DNA from: Microcystis aeruginosa NIES-843 | GTDB lineage: Bacteria; Cyanobacteriota; Cyanobacteriia; Cyanobacteriales; Microcystaceae | NCBI RefSeq assembly: GCF_000010625.1 | Contig: NC_010296.1 | Location: 660,001-692,000, forward strand | Direction: 5' to 3' | Length of the DNA stretch: 32,000 bases | Part shown: one piece after another, positions 24,911 to 32,000 of the stretch | Position numbering within the stretch: position 1 is the first letter of the stretch | Layout: the number at the start of each line of letters is the position of its first letter | Made by a program: the position numbers and the translations under genes | Notes under the pieces: model-generated | Databases searched by the model: none | What the model was told of the DNA's origin: nothing | Seen by the model: the letters and a program-made list of their open reading frames with translations, nothing else

Positions 24911-27583
24911 ATGATTGACTGGACTCCCTATCTCAAATCAATCTCGGACTCGGAAAAGTACGCCCAGTGGGAGACATTTTACACCCTCACGGACGTAGAG
25001 GGAAAAACACGCCCAGCGAAAACTGCACCTTTGCTAAGGGATTTGTGGGTACAGACGATTGAAAAAGAACCACAAAACCGACAAGAAAGACCAGAAAGAC
25101 CAGAAAAAACCGAAAGATTCACGGTTTTAGATGGTTTACGCAAGTATGCAACTAATCACGTTCTTTTAAAAGGTCGTCCCGGTTCAGGAAAATCGACCGC
25201 TTTAGCCAGATTATTATTAGAAGAATCCGTAGCGGTGCAAAGCTTGCGCCTAAATCAACAAAATCAGGCTAAAATCATTCAAATTCCCATTCTCATCGAA
25301 TTACGCTTGTATGAAACCTCAATTCTTGATTTAATTTTACAATTCCTGAAACGCCATAAATTAATTATTGATAGTAATACCCTAGAAAGTTGGCTGTTAG
25401 AAAATCAGAATTTTAGACCATTATTATTATTTGATGGTATCAATGAATTGCCCTCGGAAGCTGCGCGACAGAATTTAAAAAACTTTCGCCAGCAGTATGC
25501 AGAAATTTCGATGATTTTCACCACAAGGGATTTAGGCAGCGACGACTTAGATATTGAAAAAAAGCTGGAAATGCTCCCCCTGAGCGAAGCACAGATGCGG
25601 GATTTTGTCAAGGTCTATTTGCCCGAAAAAGGCGAAGAAATGCTTAAACAGTTGGGAAATCGTCTCAAGGAATTTGGCCAGACTCCTCTGCTTTTGTGGA
25701 TGCTTTGTTCAGTTTTTGATAATAATCAGAACAAAATTCCTGCTAATTTAGGCTTAGTTTTCCAGATTTTTACAGGAATTTATGACAAGAAATTAAAAGC
25801 AGATGTTCCTACTTACCAAGAATCGCGGGATTGGTGGCGAGAATTGCTGCAAGTGTTAGCTTGGAAAATGAACCAAGGGGAGTCAAAAACTGAGATTCAG
25901 GTGGCTATTTCCCGAACAGAAGCAGAGGAAGAATTAAGCAAATTTATAAAAAATAAAGGATTCCCAGAATATTACAGTAAGCAGTGGTTAGAAGATTTAT
26001 TGAAATATCATCTAATTCACCTAGAAGGTAATGATAAAATTGCTTTTCGCCACCAACTGATTCAAGAATATTACACGGCTGAGGAATTAAAGAAAAAGTT
26101 ACCCCATCTCAGGGATGAGCAGTTACAGTGGGACTATTTAAATTATCTCAAATGGACGGAACCTATGGCGTTGCTGCTGGGGTTATTGGATAATGAAACC
26201 CAAGCAAAACGGGTGGTTAAATTAGGGTTAGAGATTGATTTAAAATTAGGAGCGAGGTTAGCAGGAGAAGTCAACTTTAAGTTTCAAAAGCAGACAGTGG
26301 GGTTAGTGCTGCGGTTGGATGTACCAAAACGGTTTAAGGTGGAGTTATTGGGATTAACAAAGTCTAATGAAGTTGTTAATGAGTTAAGTCAAGCTTTAAA
26401 AGACTCTGATGAGGATGTTCGTCGGAACGCAGCCGAGGCTTTGGGTGAAATTGGCTCGGAAAAAGCCATTCCGGGATTAATCAAGGCTTTAGAAGACTCT
26501 GATGATGATGTTCGTAGGAAGGCAGCCGAGGCTTTGGCTGAGATTGGCTCAGAAACAGCCATTCCGGGGTTACTCAAGGCTTTAAAAGACTCTGATAGGT
26601 ATGTTCGTAGGAGTGCAGCCGAGGTTTTGGCTGAGATTGGCTCAGAAACAGCCATTGCGGGATTAATCAAGGCTTTAGAAGACTCTGATAGGTTTGTTCG
26701 TAGTAGGTATGTTCGTAGGAGAGCCGCCGCGGCTTTGGGTAAAATTGGCACAGAAACAGCCATTGCGGGATTAATCAAGGCTTTAGAACACTCTGATGGG
26801 GATGTTCGTTTCCAGGCAGCATTCGCTTTGGGTAAGATTGGCTCAGAAACAGCTATTCCGGAGTTACTCAAGGCTTTAGAACACTCTGATGATGATGTTC
26901 GTGGGGAGGCAGCCGAGGCTTTGGCTGAGATTGGCACAGAAACAGCCATTCCGGGATTACTCAAGGCTTTAGAAGACTCTGATGTGTTTGTTCGTAGGAA
27001 GGCAGCCTTCGCTTTGGGTAAGATTGGTTCAGAAACAGCCATTCCGGGATTACTCAAGGCTTTAGAAGACTCTAATCAGTATGTTCGTAGCAACGCAGCC
27101 TTCGCTTTGGGTAAGATTGGTTCAGAAACAGCCATTCCGGGATTACTCAAGGCTTTAGAAGACTCTAATCAGTATGTTCGTAGCAACGCAGCCTTCGCTT
27201 TGGGTGAAATTGGCTCAGAAACAGCCATTCCGGGATTACTCAAGGCTTTAGAAGACTCTGATGAGGATGTTCGTAGCAACGCAGCCTTCGCTTTGGGTGA
27301 AATTGGCTCGGAAACAGCCATTGCGGGGTTACTCAAGGCTTTAGAAGACTCTAATCAGTATGTTCGTAGCAACGCAGCCTTCGCTTTGGGTGAAATTGGC
27401 TCAGAAACAGCCATTCCGGGATTACTCAAGGCTTTAGAAGACTCTGATGAGGATGTTCGTAGCAACGCAGCCTTCGCTTTGGGTGAAATTGGCTCGGAAA
27501 CAGCCATTGCGGGGTTACTCAAGGCTTTAGTGGGACTTAAACGCCAAATAAAGATCAAATCGAGTATAATCGTTAAAGAGTAA
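24911..27583 (+). pseudogene. NACHT-type P-loop NTPase + 12 HEAT units: 5' part of an IS-split NLR-like gene (native sequence ends at 27530)
   Basis: Walker A GRPGSGKST; LLLFDGINEL; then tandem 31-aa units ETAIPGLLKALEDSxxxVRxxAAxALGxIGS. The last 17 residues (VGLKRQIKIKSSIIVKE), the first of which spans the junction at 27530/27531, are encoded by the IS end. The TTG at 24899 is an alternative start. Confidence 0.85.
27159..27530 (+). repeat. Perfect tandem duplication of a 186-bp (two-HEAT-unit) block
   Basis: 27159-27344 and 27345-27530 read identically base for base. The whole array has 93-bp periodicity from about 26368 to 27530 and from 28898 to about 29570. Confidence 0.85.
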
Positions 27584-28893
27584 GCACTTTACGTTGAAAG
27601 ATCAGCGATGAAAGAGACAACCCCAGCCGCGATGCCCCCATGCTTTGACCGATGGTGTCGGCGGTTTGACAATTGCTTCAAAAACGAAGCGCAAAAAAAC
27701 GGCTTCAGACAATATTTAGGAGGATTATTAGGGGAAAGTGAGCGGAAAAACCTCACTCAAATGGCCAATAATGCCGTCGGAGTAGTTTATAACCGATTAC
27801 ATCACTTTTTGACCGAATCTCCCTGGTCAGACCGTCAGGTGAATGAATGTCGGTTGCAAGTGATGAACCAATGCCGCCAGACGCAAATCCCCCGAGGATT
27901 TTCCCTGATTGTCGATGACTCAGGACATCGAAAAAGTGGCAATCTGACCGCCGGAGTTGGCAGGCAGTACCTAGGAGAAATTGGCAAGACAGACAACGGA
28001 ATAGTCGCCGTCACTACCCATCTCTACGACGGCAAAAAAAGTGTCCCCCTAGACATTGAAATTTATCAACCGGCTAGTTCCTTAGCCGAGGGGAAAGAAG
28101 ACAAAGAATTTAAGAAGAAACCAGAGATAGCGATAGATTTAATTGACCGGAGCTTAACCAGAGGCTATCGACCGAAAATCGTCTTAATAGATGCTGGTTA
28201 TGGCAACAACACAAATTTTCTCAAAGCCCTGGAAGAAAGAAAGCTAAAATACTTAGGAGGATTGGCAAAAAATCGAAAAGTAATTATTGAAAAAGAAGGG
28301 GGTGTGGAAGAAACAATCCAGCTTGAGCAACTAGCAAAAAGCCTATCAGAAAAGGATTGGGAGAAAATCACCCTAAATCTAGATAAAGAAAAAACGGTTT
28401 GGGTAGCGGTATTCAGAGCGAAAATATCTCAACTAGAAGGAGAAAGGAACTTGGCGATCGTCATGAATGCAAGTTCAATGGAAAAAGCCACAGAGGTGGA
28501 CTATTTCATCACCAATGTAGTTGAGGCAGATACAGTAACAGCTTCGTGGATAGTGAGGACTTACACCGAAAGAAATTGGGTGGAAGTATTCTACCGAGAA
28601 GCCAAAGGATGGTTAGGGTTAAGGGAATATCAAGTCAGGGATAAACGAAGCTTACTTCGTCATTTTATCCTGGTGTTTTGTGCCTATACATTTATCCTGT
28701 GGCATAAGTTAACTGGGGGATTGCAAAGGCAGTGGGCGAATCGACCTTTAAACACTTTTGTGGAAGCCTTGGAAGCTTTTCGGACAGCGATGTCTTTCCG
28801 TTTCTTTGAGTGGCTGACCGAGAATCGGGATGTGTTTGCCGCTTACAAAGCCAGTTTAGGCTTTGTTTGGGCTTGAAATTTGTTTAAGTCCCA
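27531..28893 (+). mobile_element. IS701-family insertion sequence, 1363 bp
   Basis: 12-bp perfect TIR tgggacttaaac / gtttaagtccca. 4-bp TSD TTAG at 27527-27530 and 28894-28897. Contains a single 422-aa transposase ORF. Confidence 0.85.
27608..28876 (+). CDS. IS701-family (DDE) transposase
   Basis: 422 aa: ...FRQYLGGLLGESERKNLTQMA...LHHFLTESPWSD...LIVDDSGHRKSG...GVGRQYLGEIGKTDNGIVAVT...VLIDAGYGNN... These motifs are typical of IS701-type transposases. Confidence 0.8.
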   Translation: MKETTPAAMPPCFDRWCRRFDNCFKNEAQKNGFRQYLGGLLGESERKNLTQMANNAVGVVYNRLHHFLTESPWSDRQVNECRLQVMNQCRQTQIPRGFSLIVDDSGHRKSGNLTAGVGRQYLGEIGKTDNGIVAVTTHLYDGKKSVPLDIEIYQPASSLAEGKEDKEFKKKPEIAIDLIDRSLTRGYRPKIVLIDAGYGNNTNFLKALEERKLKYLGGLAKNRKVIIEKEGGVEETIQLEQLAKSLSEKDWEKITLNLDKEKTVWVAVFRAKISQLEGERNLAIVMNASSMEKATEVDYFITNVVEADTVTASWIVRTYTERNWVEVFYREAKGWLGLREYQVRDKRSLLRHFILVFCAYTFILWHKLTGGLQRQWANRPLNTFVEALEAFRTAMSFRFFEWLTENRDVFAAYKASLGFVWA

Positions 28894-28897
28894 TTAG

Positions 28898-30342
28898 AAG
28901 ACTCTGATGATTATGTTGTTCGTTGGAGCGCAGCCGAGGCTTTGGCTGAGATTGGCACAGAAACAGCCATTCCGGGGTTACTCAAGGCTTTAGAAGACTA
29001 TGATGATTATGTTCGTAGGAAGGCAGCCTTCGCTTTGGGTAAGATTGGTTCAGAAACAGCCATTCCGGGATTACTCAAGGCTTTAGAAGACTCTGATGAG
29101 GATGTTCGTCGGAACGCAGCCGAGGCTTTGGGTGAAATTGGCTCAGAAACAGCCATTCCGGGATTACTCAAGGCTTTAGAAGACTCTGATGATGATGTTC
29201 GTAGGAACGCAGCCTTCGCTTTGGGTAACATTGGCTCAGAAACAGCCATTCCGGAGTTACTCAAGGCTTTAGAAGACTCTGATGATTGGGATTGGTCTGG
29301 TAGGAACGCAGCCTTCGCCTTGGGTAATATTGGCTCAGAAACAGCCATTCCGGAGTTACTCAAGGCTTTAGAAGACTCTAATGAGTATGTTCGTGGGAAG
29401 GCAGCCGAGGCTTTGGGTAAAATTGGCTCGGAAACAGCCATTGGGGGGTTACTCAAGGCTTTAAAAGACTATGATGAGTATGTTTGTTGGAACGCAGTCG
29501 AGGCTTTGGGTAAGATTGGCTCAGAAGCGGCGATGACTGAACTTATCAAATGCCTGAAAAATCCTGATTTTGTCACATTAAATGATGGCTATACTCTCTC
29601 TCCAGCTAGAGAAGCACTAGACACAATTCAAAACAAACTTAAATACTATCACCCCCTCTCCCAACCCATGAATCAACAAGTTTACATCTCCTACAACTGG
29701 CAAGAAGACAGCAACGAAATGGCTAATCAACTCGTCCAAGCTTTTGCCGCTAAAGGAATTGAGATTATTCGGGATAAAACCCACACCAGCTATAAAGACT
29801 CCATCAAAAACTTTATGCGGCAAATTGGACAGGGGAAATGTGTCGTCGCCGTCATCAGCGATAGATACTTAAAATCAGAAAACTGTATGTTTGAATTAGT
29901 AGAAATTGCCAGAAATGGTGACTTTTATCAAAGAATATTCCCGATTATTTTACCAGATGCCAGAATTCATAAAGACTTGGAGCGCATAGACTACCTGAAA
30001 TATTGGGAAGACGAAAAAGCAAAACTACAAGCAAAATACAAACAAATTGATTTAGCTAAAACTAATAGTATCATGGCGACATTAAACTTGTATGATGAAA
30101 TCAGGGGCAATATTGATAATCTAACTAATATTCTTAAAGATATGAATACTCTCAATATCGACTTACACCGCCAATCGGAATTTGCAGCTATGATTCAAAA
30201 AGTAGAAACTAAACTTGCAGAGGATAGTCAAAAATTATCTAATCAATCTCCAGTCAAGTCAGAATCTAAATATACTATCCATGCCAAAAACGTCCAGATT
30301 ATTGAAAAAGGTGATGGACAGATTCAGGATTCTAGTTCGTAG
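28898..30342 (+). pseudogene. 7 HEAT units + C-terminal TIR domain: 3' part of the IS-split NLR-like gene (the tracked ORF starts at internal TTG 28942)
   Basis: The frame is continuous with 27530. TIR-like: QQVYISYNWQEDSNEMANQLVQAFAAKGIEIIRDK...KCVVAVISDRYLKSENCMFELVEIA, followed by a helical ~130-aa tail. Confidence 0.8.
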
Positions 30343-30391
30343 TTGTGCTTAAGCGGGTGCGTCTCGCATTTGCAGAAATACCGAAAACTTT

Positions 30392-30420
30392 TCGCCTTAA
30401 AAGGCGAGGTTTTAAACCCG
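30392..30420 (+). terminator. Possible weak intrinsic terminator after the TIR-encoding ORF
   Basis: tcgcct-taaa-aggcga hairpin followed by ggttttaaacccgatttttt. The stem is short, so this is tentative. Confidence 0.3.
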
Positions 30421-30447
30421 ATTTTTTGATAACTTTTAATTGCTGAC

Positions 30448-30711
30448 ATGACTAAATATCTAAACATTACTGAAACAGGACAAAAGCTGGTTGAATGGTC
30501 TGAGCAAATGACTGACGAACCTATTATTATTACCAAAGAAGGTCAACCCATTATGGTTGCCCTGAATTACGCTCAAATTGAATCTTGGTTGGAAACTCTT
30601 GATATTTTACAAGACAAAGAGTTTGCCGAAATCCTATCTGAAGCAATTCAACAGGATCAATCAGGACAAAGAATTACTTGGGAAGATGCTAAAAAACAAC
30701 TCGGTTGGTAA
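30448..30711 (+). CDS. Phd/YefM-family antitoxin
   Basis: 87 aa: ...EPIIITKEGQPIMVALNYAQIESWLETLDILQD... The stop overlaps the toxin ATG (TAATG). Confidence 0.75.
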   Translation: MTKYLNITETGQKLVEWSEQMTDEPIIITKEGQPIMVALNYAQIESWLETLDILQDKEFAEILSEAIQQDQSGQRITWEDAKKQLGW

Positions 30712-31019
30712 TGGAATATCAAATACAATTAATTCCTCTTGCTTTAAGCTTTTTATCTAAAATTACCGATAAACGCATTCAGCAAGAAATTCGCAAACGG
30801 ATTGAAAAGCTAAAAATTGAACCAGATAAACAAGGTAAAGCCCTTTCAGGTAAACTTAAAGGATATCGTAGCGTTAGGGCAGTTGGTCAAAGATATCGGA
30901 TTGTCTATCGTGTTGAAGAAGCTCAAATTATTGTTATTGTTATTGGAGTTGGAATTCGTAAACAAGGTGATAAAAAAGATATTTATGCCCTTCTTGAAAA
31001 ATTAATTAATAATGAATAA
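30711..31019 (+). CDS. RelE/ParE-family toxin
   Basis: MEYQIQLIPLALSFL...LSGKLKGYRSVRAVGQRYRIVYRVEEAQIIVIVIGVGIRKQGD..IY. The tracked ORF starts 6 nt upstream at a TTG. Confidence 0.75.
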   Translation: MEYQIQLIPLALSFLSKITDKRIQQEIRKRIEKLKIEPDKQGKALSGKLKGYRSVRAVGQRYRIVYRVEEAQIIVIVIGVGIRKQGDKKDIYALLEKLINNE

Positions 31020-31067
31020 AATATGGGTTATGACAGAACTGCTAAACCAATAGGTTCTTGCTGAATC

Positions 31068-31277
31068 GTGAGATATACACCTATTACTTTTTCAGAGATA
31101 GCCAGTTTTGGAGAGGATAGTCAAAATATTCCTGCTTCTTCTGAAAAAAACGCATCCCTATCATCTATTACCTATGATTTCAGAGGAGCTACCATTGGCA
31201 ATTTAGCTCATAATGTGCAAGGAAGCCAACAGAATTATCCCCAGCAACCTAATAACAATAACCCAGAGAAAAAATAA
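31068..31277 (+). CDS. Small Q/N-rich hypothetical ORF (GTG start); may not be a real gene
   Basis: 69-aa ORF ending 1 nt before the HEAT gene ATG. Low-complexity C-terminus. Confidence 0.25.
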   Translation: MRYTPITFSEIASFGEDSQNIPASSEKNASLSSITYDFRGATIGNLAHNVQGSQQNYPQQPNNNNPEKK

Positions 31278-31278
31278 C

Positions 31279-31788
31279 ATGGTTCAGCAACTTAATAACA
31301 CCCAAATCGCCATCAATACTTTATTGAATAAACTCAACGATTCTCTCCCCCAGATCCGCGCTAAAGCTGCCGAAGCCTTGGGCAAAATTGGCAATAGCAG
31401 CCTTGCCGACACCTTAGTATCCCATTTAATAGGAGAAAATGATCTTAATGTTCGCCTAAATCTGATTCGAGCTTTAGGAGAAATTGGCAATGAATCCGCA
31501 ATTCCTTATCTAGCTTCCTGCTTATCTGATACTAATCCCGATATTCGGATAATCACGGCGGAATCTATCGGAAAAATTGGTAGTGAAAAAGCAATATCCT
31601 ATCTCATTCAATCCCTACAAGATACGGAAGTAAAAGTTCGTGTCACAGCCACAATTGCTTTAGGTGAAATTGGACTAGAAGATGTTATTCCTGATCTAGT
31701 AAATGTTTGTTCCGATGAAGATGATAGCGTTCGTTTCAGTGCTGTTGATGCCCTCGGTAAAATTGGCTCTCGTTATGCAGTAAACTGA
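31279..31788 (+). CDS. Stand-alone HEAT-repeat (PBS-lyase type) protein
   Basis: The ATG at 31279 gives MVQQLNNTQ... with five diverged units (IRAKAAEALGKIGN, VRLNLIRALGEIGNESAIPYL, IRIITAESIGKIGSEKAISYL, VRVTATIALGEIGLEDVIPDL, VRFSAVDALGKIGS). Confidence 0.7.
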   Translation: MVQQLNNTQIAINTLLNKLNDSLPQIRAKAAEALGKIGNSSLADTLVSHLIGENDLNVRLNLIRALGEIGNESAIPYLASCLSDTNPDIRIITAESIGKIGSEKAISYLIQSLQDTEVKVRVTATIALGEIGLEDVIPDLVNVCSDEDDSVRFSAVDALGKIGSRYAVN

Positions 31789-31789
31789 T

Positions 31790-31900
31790 ATGAAATTGAG
31801 TACAGAATCCCTCGATTTAATTATCAGAACTCTTGCCAAAAGACTATTCACAGACAAGAACCCAAGTATTCGGATTAAAGCCGCTCAATCCTTATTTTGA
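31790..31900 (+). pseudogene. Short HEAT-unit fragment in a different frame immediately after the HEAT gene stop
   Basis: 36-aa ORF MKLSTESLDLIIRTLAKRLFTDKNPSIRIKAAQSLF. It looks like the next HEAT unit displaced by a frameshift or stop at 31786-31790. Confidence 0.4.
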
Positions 31901-32000
31901 TCCCCCTAAATCCCCCTTTTCAAGGGGGAATTGAATTCGACGTATCGCTTTCATTCAGAGAAATGTTCTCAGTTTTGCCATTATGGATGCTATAATTAGG

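Noticed and set aside
26389-29456. Long minus-strand ORFs inside the HEAT array (26389..27057, 27355..27558, 29007..29456)
   Set aside because: They are the antisense reading of the 93-bp repeat, which happens to lack stops. Their repetitive SEPI.PKA.AA sequence mirrors the plus-strand units, and the plus-strand protein has clear domain logic.

Overview
This is a cyanobacterial chromosome segment. It carries several HIP1 GCGATCGC sites, 7-8 nt microsatellite blocks and a heavy MITE/IS load, which looks Microcystis-like; that genus call is inference only. All family names come from motif recognition by eye, and no searches were run.

Layout:
- 1-5.4 kb: an accessory island of about six VapBC/PIN-type toxin-antitoxin cassettes with clear decay and shuffling. 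One vapC is split by two different MITEs, one PIN gene is truncated, a 219-bp promoter-plus-5' gene block is duplicated, and there is an IS30 remnant.
- 5.4-13.4 kb: ordinary genes. These are a secreted protein, an alpha/beta hydrolase, a CruA-like flavoprotein, DUF2993-like and GerMN-like proteins, an MscS channel and a membrane-anchored cytochrome c. Small palindromic elements and G-rich microsatellites are interspersed.
- 13.8-21.5 kb: three tandem paralogs of a TPR-like/GT41 (SPINDLY-type O-GlcNAc-transferase-like) protein. The third is cleanly split by an IS5-superfamily element.
- 21.9-24.1 kb: malic enzyme and an M15 peptidase.
- 24.9-30.3 kb: the most interesting locus. A single NLR-like gene (NACHT-type P-loop NTPase, then 19 near-identical 31-aa HEAT units, then a C-terminal TIR domain) is split by an IS701-family element with a TTAG target duplication. 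It is followed by a YefM/RelE pair and a degenerate stand-alone HEAT-repeat gene.
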